Assembly: GCF_006345805.1 (NCBI RefSeq)
Contig: NC_043000.1
Coordinates: 109,058,001 to 109,122,000 of the forward strand
Direction of reading: 5' to 3'
Source of the DNA: Octopus sinensis
Lineage: Eukaryota
DNA: 64,000 nt
Shown: positions 39,721-52,879 of the stretch, one piece after another
Position numbering within the stretch: position 1 is the stretch's first letter
Layout: each line of letters starts with the position of its first letter
Program-made: the position numbers and the translations under genes
The notes under the pieces: generated by a model
Told to the model about the DNA's origin: nothing
Database searches by the model: none
What the model saw: only the letters and a program-made list of their open reading frames with translations

Positions 39721-40352
39721 TCATATTACAAACCTGGAATTTCCCATTCGTTCTGTAGACTCACGGCAACTATTTCGAAGCTCGCCAAGGCCAAAGTTGT
39801 TGTAAGGTGGACGATCCCGCCCCGTCTGCATCATGGACAATTTTTCTTTTGTTTACAAACCAACTGACCATTACTTGTTTCTTCCTCCAGTTGTAGAGAG
39901 GTAATTCACCTTCAGCCATTTGAGCCTGGCGAGTCACCTATATTGCCAAGCGATTTATATGTGCAAAACCAATAGTCACTCTATGACTGGGCATAACATT
40001 TAACTTACTAAAAATAAATTATTACTCTCATGTTTTAGAGTATACTTATTTTTTGGATATATGAACGGCTGACGATGCAATATAATATAAGAGGCTGCAC
40101 TCACAATATTTGATAAGAATTATTTCTTTAAAATATCATTAATTATCTATGAAGGCTTATTGTATATGAAATTCCTTCCATCAGGTTTGTGTTAATTAGC
40201 TGTTTTAATTAGCTGTTTTACAAGACTCTTTTTTTACACGAATAGTAATTTCAAATTTGAGAAAAACTTTCTGTAAACACACCCAAATACATAGTCACAC
40301 ACACACACACACATTATTTATACAAATATATGCACATATATATATGTATATG

Positions 40353-40392
<40 letters not shown>

Positions 40393-41168
40393 TACATACA
40401 TACATGCATACATACACATACGCATACACAGATTCATGCATACATATATACATGTGCGTGTCTGAGAGTATATGTTTGTTTATTTTACAAACGGAACATA
40501 AATTGGAACACACACACACACGCACGCACGGGCGCACACACACACATAGGAAACTCACAAACAAAATAAAAAATAAAGTAATTTCTTTCAGCTGAAACGG
40601 ATTCATTCGCAAAATTTCGAAAATGATTTAGAAATCCAAGGAGAAACGTTAAATGAAAATCTTCTTTCACAAAAAACACTCAACAACGAAACGGTAAACG
40701 TTTTTGCGGTGCTTTAAATTACTCTGAGTCTTCCAGCGGAAAATTCTTTATCCCTCACCAAGTTTGTAAAAAGGAAATTAGCGTGCATTTTCCACGTTCC
40801 AAAGAAGTTATGCCTTATGATCCAAAAGAAAATTGGTCAATCCCTTTTCTTCTGACTAAAATAATTCACACTATGCTTAGAAAGTACTTAGAACTTGCTT
40901 CGGCTGTTGATGGAAGAAGAGGTAAAAGAGAAAGCAAAAGAGGAGGGATGTGGGGAACTCTAAGGCAGAAATAAAAGCTGGAAATATTCGTAAAATATTT
41001 AGTTGCGTATATCTTCAACTTTCTCTTATAGTCTTAGTAATTTCGTTTAGTTAAATTAATCGGTCTACGGAAGTGTCCAGAATTACCCTTCAAGGTTCAC
41101 AATTACAAAATGACACCGATAAAGTTGGCGACCTCAAATACTTTTTTTTATTATTTTTCGATACGTTT

Positions 41169-41718
41169 AAGGTGGCGAGCTGGCAGAATCGTTAGCACGC
41201 CAGACGAAATGCTTTGCGGTATTTCGTCTGCCGTTACGTTGTGAGTTCAAATTCCGCCGAGGTCGACTTTACCTTTCATTCTTTCGGGGTCGATAAATTA
41301 AGTACCAGTTGCGCACTGGGGTCGATGTAATCGACTTAATACCTATGTCTGTCCTTGTTTGTCCCCTCTATGTTTATCCCCTTGTGGGTAGTAAAGAAAT
41401 AGGTATTTCGTCTGCCGCTACGTTCTGAGTTCAAATTCCGCCTAGGTCGACTTTGCCTTTCATCCTTTCGGGGTCGATTAAATAGGTATCAGTTATGCAC
41501 TGGGGTCGATATAATCGACCTAATCCGTTTGTCCTTGTGGGTAGTAAAGAAATAGGTATTTCATCTGTCTTCAAGTTTTGAGTTCAAATGGCGCCGAGGT
41601 CGACTTTGTCTTTCATCCTTTCGGCGGTTGATAAAGTAAGTCCAGTTACGCATTGGGGTCGATGTAATCGACTAGCCCCCTTCCCTAAAATTCCAGGCCT
41701 TGTGCCTATAATAGAAAG
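41169..41718 (+). mobile_element. SINE family C tandem trimer (one full unit, two head-truncated units)
   Basis: Units start at 41169, 41403 and 41556; both junctions read GAAATAG|GTATTTC; the last unit has an alternative tail. Confidence 0.88.
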
Positions 41719-42307
41719 GACCCTGGGATCTTTGTGGTTTTCGTCACTGTTTACGATTATCTTTATTAATTTTTTTTCTAATGAATCATCTCGATGTAAT
41801 TATTGACGCTAAATCCAAATTTGTTATTCATTTATTCCAGAAAAATTTTGCAATAATGTTACAGCTATTGAAAGTTTGATAAGTCTCAGAGTTTTCAGCA
41901 AATCAGAAAACAACGCGTTCGCTGCCTCTTCCATCATCGGGGTGGGGTGAGGTGGGGGTTCAACGGCATGTCAAAACATTGCTAGAAATAACAGTCAAAG
42001 CATTAAAATATACACGAATGAAGTTAACATTAAAACATTCGCGAACAAATTAAATATTTAAATAAAAGTCAAAACATTGTTTAAAGCAGACATTTATTAG
42101 TTTAAAAAATTCAAGAACGAAAACGTTTGCAATACAGGCGCAGGAGTGGCTGTGTGGTAAGTAGCTTGCTAACCAACCACATGGTTGCGGGTTCAGTCCC
42201 ACTGCGTGGCATCTTGGGCAAGTGTCATCTGCTATAGCCCCGGGCCGACCAATGCCTTGTGAGTGGATTTGGTAGACAGAAACTGAAAGAAGCTTGTCGT
42301 ATATACG

Positions 42308-42366
<59 letters not shown>

Positions 42367-42878
42367 ATAGGATTAGCTCGTATACGAGTAGGTATATATT
42401 TGTAAAAAATGAAGTTCGAAAATGCTGCTGTATTATACAATTTTTAATTTTTATATATACATTATAACATGTTTCAGTTCCTGAAATGAACCTTATCAAA
42501 AAAGTTATATATAAAAAAAGACAGCTCATGCCGTCAAACACAAGAAATTCATTTATAATACACAACGAAGTCAGACATCTTAGAGTTCATGTATAGTTGA
42601 TATATAGTTCATGTATAGTTGATATATAGTTTGAAGTATATGTTCAAAGTGTTCGATGCAGTGGCCCACGGTGGCGATACGTATTCAATACAAAAAACAG
42701 ATCAAAGTGGTGGAAAGCGGTCAATACAGAAGATTGATGTTTCCGAAAGAGCTAGGAATTCATTTTTACCTTAAGCAATTGTGATGACCCATGCTGGAAG
42801 TTCGCTGGGTGGTTCTAGTGAGTTTTTGTGAAATGCTCGGTTTTATAATGCCTGTTAGGTAGTCAATCTAGCGTAGCG

Positions 42879-43304
42879 TGACGTCATCAATGTTTTGACC
42901 AATCGTTTCGTTAGGTGGCTTTAATCAAGTATAACGGGACGTCATCATTATTTTGACCAATCGCTGCATTATAACTCCCTCTTCTTTGTTTCCTGTTTTG
43001 ACTAGTCGCTTCGTTAGTCAAGTAGAACGGGACGTCATCATTATTTTGACCAATCGCTGCATTATATCTGCCTCTTGTTTGTTTCCTGTTTTGACCAGTC
43101 GCTTCGTTAGTCAAGCAGAGCGGGACGTCATCCAGATTCTGCCCAATCACGACTTATAGCTACATTAGATCTGCCCCCTGTCTGTACTTGTTAGGTGACT
43201 ATTCAAGCAGAAAGGACGTCATCAATATTCTGACTAATGACTGTCCCCTGTTTGTATCCTGTCCATTCTAGCAGAGCTAGACGTCATCAACTTGTTGACC
43301 AATC
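42879..43304 (+). promoter_or_regulatory. Array of six GACGTCA-N12-CCAAT composite motifs
   Basis: GACGTCA at 42880, 42938, 43031, 43124, 43215, 43280; CCAAT (one CTAAT) starts exactly 19 nt later each time. Regulatory function is not shown. Confidence 0.5.
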
Positions 43305-43354
43305 AGAATCGGGTCTGACCCTTAGCTGTATCGTATGTATCAGGGTCAGATTTG

Positions 43355-43790
43355 CACGAAAGAATTTTTTTCCTTTTTTACTAAGGCATATTTCCGTCAG
43401 AGTGAGTGTCTGTTTGAAGCAGCGGCCATACAAAAAATAGCTTACGTAACAGGATGGCGGTGCATAAATCACAAATTAGAAACCCTGATTACCGCAAAAT
43501 ACCGGTCAGCGGACACATAGATAGATGTGCTGGAAATGTAAATCCGAAATTTACAACTAACCCGCTCTATAAATTCAGTGACAACGCAACCTTCACACAA
43601 CGCCAAAATAAAGAACTATATTTCATAAAAAAATTTAGACCAAGTTTAAACACCCTGGGCCAGGAATACTAAAACAAAAGATAAGTCCTCCGAAAGGGAG
43701 AAGCGGGGTTCCACCACGGCCGCTGCTTCAAACAGACACTCACTCTGACGGAAATATGCCTTAGTAAAAAAGGAAAAAAATTCTTTCGTG
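43355..43790 (+). mobile_element. 5'-truncated PLE (GIY-YIG C-terminus) bracketed by perfect 73-bp inverted repeats
   Basis: MAVHKSQIRNPDYRKIPVSGHIDRCA..QNKELYFIKKFRPSLN; 43355-43427 is the exact reverse complement of 43718-43790. Confidence 0.88.
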
Positions 43791-44070
43791 AGTAAAAGAG
43801 TAAAAGAGGAAAAGAGTAAAAGAGAACACTCCAGGTTTTTATAAAATAAACTAGCTGGACCCATGCCGTCAAAAATGACGGCCAATTGTAGTATTTTATG
43901 TATAAATATGGATGCTTAATCAAATTTGTCAATGTTATCTTGTGGTTATCACACACATATACTCACACAGAATTGAAATACTCCATCTACCAGTTTGCCA
44001 TGACCCCTTCCTTCCTCATTCATGTTGTGACGGAGAAAAATGCAAGAATATATTTATAGTAGTAGAGGAT

Positions 44071-44127
<57 letters not shown>

Positions 44128-44166
44128 CCCACACACACACACACCACACACACACACACACATATA

Positions 44167-44205
<39 letters not shown>

Positions 44206-44462
44206 TGTATATGTTTGTGTGCCTGTGTTTGTCTCCCCATCATCACTTGACAACCGACGTTAGCGTGTTTACGTCCCTGTAGCTTAGCGGTTCGGCAAAT
44301 GACCGATAGAATAAGTACCAGGTTTACAAGGAATAAAACCTGGAGTCGATTTGTGCGAGTAAAACCGATACTCCAGCATGGCCGCAGTCAAAATGACTGA
44401 AACAAGTAAAAGAATAAGAAAATAAAGACTATATATATATATTTGTGGTTGTTCACTTATGC

Positions 44463-44515
<53 letters not shown>

Positions 44516-45258
44516 AGTGTGTATATGTATGTGTATACGCATGCATACATTTATATATATTAACACACGTACAGTGTAATATTTTGAACTGTTAATCTTA
44601 ATTTCAGTATGCATAGACGTACACAAACTCGCGCGCGCGTGCCTCCATCCCCACATAACAACTTAAACAATAACAACAACAGACCATCAACAACAACGAC
44701 AACAACAAAAATAATGACATAGGCCGAAAAAAAAAATACGGAAGCCAGAAGTTTTTTCGTCTGGCACGATTTGTAAGATGAATGATATAAATAATCGGAA
44801 GCTATTTTATCATTCATTATATCACAACGAGAAGACGAAACACACATTAAATGAAGAGAGGTAAGCGGTTTGTCGTGTAAAGGTGTTAGCATGAACTTCG
44901 TTACTAAAGTGGAAAGAAAACATTAAATAAATCAAATGAAAAGTTGTCTACTCGTAAATGAATTAGAATTTCAATTGACTCTGACATAACGTCACTGACT
45001 CACTGATGATGATGCTTTTCGGCTTTTGTTTTATTCAATTTTATTTGGTTTTGTTTCTTTAGTTTTGTTTGTTGCTTGCACTTTTCAAGAATTAGGTGTT
45101 GCCTTTGTTTTAAATCAGCTCGGTCTGTGATTTATACATTTATACACATATACCTGTGTACACACATAAATTAACACATACGCACATACATACATACATA
45201 CATACATACCTACATACATACATACATACATACATACATACATACTTACATACATACA

Positions 45259-45289
<31 letters not shown>

Positions 45290-45407
45290 CATACATACAA
45301 TATATACATAGACATATTCATATTGGAAGTGATATAATGATACATATGTATACATACAATATGCGTACATATGAATATACATTATTTATATACGTATATA
45401 TGTACGC

Positions 45408-45445
<38 letters not shown>

Positions 45446-45457
45446 GTATATGTACGC

Positions 45458-45524
<67 letters not shown>

Positions 45525-45734
45525 TATGTATATCTAGATGCATGCTTATTCCTTTTAGTTATGTTTGCAGTTCTTTATTTTTCTGTTATTTCGACAGGAA
45601 TTCCTATCGGCGATGTCAGCGACCGTATGGATAAGATCTCACCTTTGCGCTTAATTTTTGCACTGTAGCTTTCAGCTGTTGTGACAGAGGCACTGCTATT
45701 ATTCTAAATAATAATGCCTGCCAGTTTTCTTGGC

Positions 45735-45760
45735 ATTATATAATAATGATAATAATAATA

Positions 45761-45792
<32 letters not shown>

Positions 45793-45866
45793 TAATAATA
45801 ATAATAATAATAATATTAATAACAACAACAACAACAGTAGCAACAAGAACAACAACAATATTAATG

Positions 45867-45914
<48 letters not shown>

Positions 45915-45960
45915 GTAATAATAATAATAAATAATAATAACAATAATAATAATAATAATA
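45735..45960. repeat. (AAT)n/(AAC)n microsatellite
   Basis: Direct inspection. Confidence 0.95.
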
Positions 45961-46066
45961 ATCTTTGCGTGTTGTAGGGCTAGTAGTGTTAAGGTCGAGG
46001 AAGAAGGAATTGGGAGTGGGGCCTTTTGTCTCTACCACAGGTCAAGTAGTAGGTACTGCTACATAC
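45959..46066. repeat. Left arm of an inverted duplication (partner 48361-48468)
   Basis: One mismatch in ~108 bp; each arm continues inward as (CATA)n or (TATG)n. Confidence 0.93.
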
Positions 46067-46069
46067 ATG

Positions 46070-46668
46070 CAAGCATACATACATACATACATACATACAC
46101 ATACATACATGCATACATACATACACACATACATACATACATGCATACATACATACATGCATACATACACACATACATACATACATACATACACACACAC
46201 ATACATGCATACATACATACACACACATACATGCATACATACATACATGCATACATACACACATACATACATACATACATACATACACATACATACATAC
46301 ACACATACATACATACATGCATACATACATGCATACATACATACATGCATACATACATGCATACATACATGCATACATACATACACACATACATACATGC
46401 ATGCATACATACATACACACATACATACATACATATACACACATACATGCATACATACATACATACACACATACATACATACATACATGCATACATACAT
46501 ACATACACATACATACATACATACAACATACATACATACATACATACATACACATACATACATACATACATGCATACATACATACATACATACACACACA
46601 TACATACATACATACATACATACATACATACATACATACATACATACATACATACATGCATACATACA
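46070..46668. repeat. Long imperfect (CATA)n array
   Basis: Direct inspection; source of the HTYI/MYVC pseudo-ORFs. Confidence 0.97.
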
Positions 46669-46669
46669 T

Positions 46670-48030
46670 GGGGAATGGGAAACACATAGAAAAGCCCAAG
46701 CCTTTAGTATTACTTCAAACTATGGAATATCACTGTGTGTGATTCAAAGATTTGAGATGTTTTTAGGGAATTGTTTATATGTTTGCTAAAACTTCGAGAT
46801 ATTTATAGATTTTTATATCTTAACTACGATGCGATGTTCCATAGGTTAATTCCTTTATCGTAAATACGATGTTTTAGAGGTAGATTACTATGGTTTTGTT
46901 AAAACCTTGAGACGTTGTTCATAGGTTTCCATATCTTAGCTATGCCATGTCCAACTTGCCGACGCTGCATTTCGTGCTTGGAATGATCTTCGAGAGAGCA
47001 CTTCAAAGCCAAAGTTATTTTATCTTGAAAAATTTCAGTAGTGGTACATTTCACCGGCAACATAATCCTGACTACCACTACTACTACTACTACTACAAGA
47101 ATCGTTGCGGTTGTGCCTGCTGTTTACCATAGTCGTAGTAAGATGACAGTGGTCAGTTACTTGAGCCAGTAATGTAGTTTGGCTGGCAGGCACTATGGAA
47201 TCTGTTAGAATGTCGCTAGCTGCGAAACCACGTTGTGTGCCGTATATCATTCACGTTTTCGTTTTTGCTTATAAATTTGGGAAGAAGGTTAATTTTCGAG
47301 TTTTTAATTAAGTTACAGTTACTAACCTTCTTTCTATGTTCTACAAACGTTGCTTGTTGGCGTAGTCGCTTCGCAGTAAAATGGTAAAATTCTGGATGAA
47401 GATCACCCCAATATGATTTCAATCGATTCATACAGCCTACAGCGGGGTTTTGTTTCGCTTTTTCATAGAAGTTAAATAGATCATTATTCAATTGGTTAAC
47501 TCCAAGAGAAATGAGTTTTGTGTAGCAGTGGTGACTAGTCCTTCCACACAGCCCCGACCCGAACACTAACGATAGCAGCTGCTAGCCCAAACCCTTAGCG
47601 ACGTCATCACACGTCTTGTCACCTGCACGACCCACGTTGGAAAGGGCGCAATTCCCCGCTCCCTGCGCACGCCTGACGGCTAACCCCTTCCGGTTGCCCC
47701 AGCTTCCGGTCAACGCACCCGGCTGCTGACGTCCAGCTGCTGACGTCATCCCACATTTTGTAGTCACGGTTTCTTCTATAACTACCGCCAGAAAGAATTT
47801 GTTTACCTGTTGAGCCGTTGTTTACGTTCTGCTCCTCGATTGTGTCGTTGTTGATGTTGTGTCCAGCCATGTTGTTTGTAGTTTCTCTCTGCATGCTAAA
47901 TTCAAGTTTCAATCGAAAATCGCTACGACCATGAATAAAAGTTGGCTCGAAAGTTGGAGATAGCATTCGTCGTATTTTCGATAAATAATAGTATCCCATG
48001 CCAAATACGCGACTTGTCGCTTCGAGTATT
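46670..48030 (-). mobile_element. 5' part of a retroelement ORF (R4/Dong-like N-terminal region), decayed
   Basis: NNDLFNFYEKAKQNPAVGCMNRLKSYWGDLHPEFYHFTAKRLRQQA fits the N-terminal Y..A..GY..RL...W...P......L..Q pattern I recall from R4-type ORFs. Confidence 0.55.
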
Positions 48031-48549
48031 GTATGTATGTATGTATGTATGTATGTATGTATGTATGTATGTATGTATGTATGTATGTATGTATGTGTGT
48101 ATGTGTGTATATGTGTATGTATGCATATGTATGCAGGCATGTATGTATGTATGCATGTATGTATGTATGTATGTATGTATGTATGTATGTATGTGTGTGT
48201 ATGTATACATGTATGTATGTGTGTATGTATGTATGTATGTATGTATGTGTGTATGTATGTATGTATGTATGTGTGTATGTATGTATGTATGCATGTATGT
48301 ATGTATGCATGTATGTATGTATGCATGTATGTATGTGTATGTATGTATGTATGCATGCATGTATGTAGCAGTACCTACTACTTGACCTGTGGTAGAGACA
48401 AAAGGCGCCACTCCCAATTCCTTCTTCCTCGACCTTAACACTACTAGCCCTACAACACGCAAAGATTAGCAGCCACAACTACACACACATACACACACAC
48501 ACGCACACATACACACATACACACACATGCACATGCAGACCTCCGCGCA

Positions 48550-48858
48550 CGCACATATCCACACTTATACACACATTCCTTCCCCTCTACCACTCTCCTG
48601 TCTTTGAAATAACTTTTCTTCACCCATTTCCTTCCGGTCATTCAAAATGTGACCGCGTGTGTACCGTTGGCGATTTTTTTCCCCTCTGTCTTCTCTTCTC
48701 TGGATCTTTCCTTCTCCTATGTTTCCGATGAAGGGCTCCGCTCGAAACATTAAACCCTCCTTCTTTTCTTTCTTTCCTGAGGGTCCAATAATACTATATT
48801 TGTTCCACGTCCTCGCGTTGTTGTGTTTTTTTGTGCTTTCTTGTTTAGATTAACTATG
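48550..48858 (+). mobile_element. PLE pseudo-LTR-like fragment with a degenerate minimal HHR (48721-48756)
   Basis: GTTT-CCGATGA-A-GGGC(TCC)GCTC-GAAACA-TT-AAAC in a T-rich segment ending in (TATG)n. Confidence 0.55.
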
Positions 48859-48929
48859 TATGTATGTATGTATGTATGTATGTATGTATGTATGTATGTA
48901 TGATGTATGTGTGTGTGTATGTATGTATG

Positions 48930-49375
48930 TATGAGAAAGTAAGGAGGGATGTCAGGAAGGGCATCGCTGTTACACTTCCAGAAGGGAAGGGTCTTCCTTT
49001 GATTCTGACATGCAATGCCTGTGCAAGACACTACCTCAGTAAAGCTGGACTCATGAGTCATCTTCGTAGTCATAAAACGAGACAGACGAGTGACAACCTG
49101 GCCACTGATGGTGGTGTAACACACCATACTAATCATATCTGTCGGGCATGTGGAAGAGAATGTAATTCGGCAGGAGGACTTAAACGACATGCAAAGGTAC
49201 ATGAAGCCCAGTTACAACTACAGCCGGCTGTTACCAGTAAAGGTTTTAGTTGCTAATTTTGTACAAGACATTGTAGATCTTTAGCTGGGCTAAAAAGTCA
49301 CATTCGATCACAGCACCAGTAACAGTTAAGCTTCGTGCAATGGCCATACTCAATAACGAGAGGGCAGCCATAAAT
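48930..49375 (+). mobile_element. RTE-like 3' end with three C2H2 zinc fingers
   Basis: CNACARHYLSKAGLMSHLRSH; CRACGRECNSAGGLKRHAKVH; C*FCTRHCRSLAGLKSHIRSQH (in-frame stop). Short 3' UTR, then (TATG)n. Confidence 0.65.
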
Positions 49376-49909
49376 GTATGCATGTATGTATGTATGCATG
49401 TATGTATGTATGTATGTATGTATGTATGTATGTATGTATGTATGTATGTATGTATGTGTGTGTGTGTATGTATGTGTGTGTATGTATGTATGTATGTATG
49501 TATGTATGTATGTATGTATGTATGTATGTATGTATGTATGTATACATGTATGTATTTATAAAATTGTGAGGATGTGAGCAAACAATAGGTTTGTCAATGA
49601 AAATGAAACTGAAATTTTTCCGAGTGTCTTTGTCATAATTAGAATGTTTCAAGGGAGATCACTGGAGGTTTGGTATACATTGCAAAGTCGCATTTCCACA
49701 TTTTCGAATAAGGCATTACAAAGAGGAAAATAATGAAAGACTCTAGTGCTGATAAAAGCTGTCTCAAGATATATTGTTTGGGGATAATTAAGGGAAGGAA
49801 TGAGACGACTGGTTGCAGCAGTTTGGGCGCTGATGACTTCGCGCGGCTGATTGGAGACTAAAGCTGTTTTTGGCTATACTACTTTTCGGTGCTGGAGGCA
49901 AACACATAC

Positions 49910-50555
49910 AAAGATTCACTCACTCACTCACTCACGCACTCATTTGTTCACTCACTTACTCACTCATTCGCTCACTCATTTACTCACTCACTCATTCGCT
50001 CACTCACTCACACACCCATTCGCTCACACACTCACTTACTCACTCATTCACTCATTTACTCATTCGCTCACTCACTCACACACCCATTCACTCACACACT
50101 CACTCATTCGCTCACTCACTCACACCCCCATTCGCTCACACACTTACTCACTCACTCATTCGCTCACTTACTCACTCACTCACTAACTCATTCGCTCACA
50201 CACTCACTTACTCACTCACTCATTCGCTCACTCACTCACTCACTCACTCACTCACTCACTCATTCACTCACTCATTCACTCACTCCCTCACTCACTCACT
50301 CACTCACTCACTCACTCACTCACTCATTCGCTCACTCACTCACACACCCATTCGCCCACACACTCACTTACTCACTCACTCATTCGCTCACTTACTCATT
50401 CGCTCACTCACTCACACACCCATTCGCTCACACACTCACTTATTCACTCACTCACTTACACACTCACTTACTCACTCATTTACTCATTTACTCACTCACT
50501 CACTAATTCATTCTCTCACTCGCTCACTCACTCACTCATTCATTCGCTCACTCAC
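49910..50555. repeat. (CACT)n satellite with higher-order variants (CATTCGCT, CACACCCATTCG)
   Basis: Direct inspection. Confidence 0.95.
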
Positions 50556-51345
50556 AGACATACAAGCAGAAATTTATGCGCACACAGAAATGTATACATA
50601 CAGAGAGAAAGAGCACCAAAGAGAAGTAGCGTAAGAGAAAAACAGAGAGGTAGAGAAACACTACAACCTATTGATTGAACACAATTGACATAGAGAGAGT
50701 GAGAAACGTTGAAACGTCTGATGTCAAATAAGTCAGAATGGAATCAGCGACGCCAAAACGGCTGCGCCAAAACGTCTCATTACCAACCGAAGGAACATGT
50801 GCGAACTGGTAACCGTTATTGTAGGGAGCGGCGGTCGATTACGTTTTTGTACTTGGTAACTATATGTGGGCGGCGGTGGAATAATAACAAGATGAAAAGA
50901 TCTTGGAGAGATTTGTTGCGTCGTGTGCCGTGTGCAGTTGGAACGAAATGAAGCATGAAATGCGGGGGTTCTGTCTATATTACTATGAAGCTACTTAGAG
51001 AACCATCGTTGTTTAGGTGTGGTGTTTGGAGGATTATGAAAATAAATGTGTCTGAGAGAATGCGTGAATTTATAAGCTTATATTATGCATATATACGCAC
51101 ATGTATGTATATTTGTGTGAGTGGTTGCCGATGTGTAGGTGGCTGAATCAGGATACATACATACATACATACATACATACATACATACATACATACATAC
51201 ATACATACATAAATACATACATACATACATACATACATACATACATACACACATACATACATACTCACGTACACACATACATACATACATATACATATAC
51301 ATATATATATATATATTAGATATATGTGTGTATATATATGCATGT

Positions 51346-51400
<55 letters not shown>

Positions 51401-52221
51401 TACACACACATACACACACACACACATATTTATATAAATACATGAATACATATATTCATACATAGATATGTACTCGTTTCTGAATGTGTTGTCTATGAAT
51501 GCGTTTATACGTACATTTATATATTAATGTGCTTATTTATAATTATAAGTGCGTATGTATGTATGTGGTTATGTGTATGAGTGTGTACGTGTTTGTACGT
51601 GCGAGCTTGCGTGCGTGCATGTGTGTATGTATACGTGCATGGATGTGTTTCTTCTTGTATCTGCATCTGTGTGCAGAAATTAAAGGAAATTAGAAATTAA
51701 ATGGTCTATGGAAGACTTAACACACAAAGAAATGATTATGGGAGAAGTCGACTGCAAATTAGCAGCACCGTCGCCATATTTGAAAAGGGAGTTATCAGCT
51801 ACGATGATAAAGATAGGCGCGGGCATAGTTGTGTCGTTAAGAAGTCCGTTTTGTAACCACCTGGTTTCGGGTTCAGTCCCACTACGAAGCAAATAGGATG
51901 TCTTCTACTATATCGTCGAATCGAATGCTTTCTGAGTGAATATGGTAAAAGGAAACTGTATGGAAGCCGGTTGTATATACGTTCACACACACAGACACGC
52001 TCACACATACATATGGGTGTGTGTAGATTTTTGCGTTTGTGTTTGTCCCCCTCCCCCGCTTGACAACCGCTGTTGGCTTGTTTATATTCCCGTAATATAA
52101 GTGTTTCTGCAAAGGAGGCCGAATAAAGAGTAGACTTAAAAAAAAAATATGTAACGAGAACGATTAGCTTTCACTGCAGGGACTGAATAAAGTGAAAGGT
52201 AAACCATATCGAGGATCAGAG

Positions 52222-52263
<42 letters not shown>

Positions 52264-52344
52264 GGGGTAGAGAATGAGGCGGAGGAAACAGCGGCGATAG
52301 TGATCTCTCGAAACAAAGAAGCAAATATAAAGAGTTCGAATACA

Positions 52345-52573
52345 TATTTCTTTACTACCCACAAGGGGCTAAACACAGAGAGGACAAACAAGGACAAGCG
52401 GTTTAAGTCGATTACATCGACCCCGGTGCGTAACTGGTACTTAATTTATCGACCCCGATAGGATGAAAGGTCAAGTCGACCTTGGCAGAATTTGAACTCA
52501 GAACGTAGCGGCAGACGAAATACGGCTACGCATTTCGCCCGGCGTGCTAACGTTTCTGCCAGCTCGCCGCCTT
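52345..52573 (-). mobile_element. SINE family C, full length, with a 10-bp target-site duplication
   Basis: TTCGAATACA at 52335-52344 and 52572-52581. Confidence 0.9.
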
Positions 52574-52706
52574 CGAATACAACTGTACACAATGTGGATA
52601 CGGCACAGCAATGGTGAATCAGTAGATGAAATCAGAGACGGTGAAGCAACGGAGAGAATGCTTTGTGATAATATAAATGAAGTCACAGTCACGTACTAGT
52701 TCTTTA

Positions 52707-52745
<39 letters not shown>

Positions 52746-52879
52746 GTCTTTTCTCCTCGCTATACTTCTTTCTGAATTGGGTACGTTGAAGTGGCTGAGA
52801 AAGGAGTGTACACTATGCGGCCACCTCCAACCACATTCCTTCATCGTGTAAACTAATAAAGACAAATGAATTAACACAG

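Noticed and set aside
43742-43765. CTGACGGAAA as an ultra-minimal hammerhead
   Set aside because: Lacks A9 and stem II entirely.
45965-46789. Long ORFs (274, 236, 208 aa etc.), plus similar ones at 32463-33222, 47619-48478, 49851-50634 and 59570-60193
   Set aside because: Translations of (CATA)n, (TA)n and (CACT)n microsatellites, which lack stops in some frames.
48864-49256. Host C2H2 zinc-finger gene
   Set aside because: No TGEKP linkers, in-frame stop in finger 3, bounded by microsatellites, retroposon-like 3' end; kept as a mobile-element fragment.
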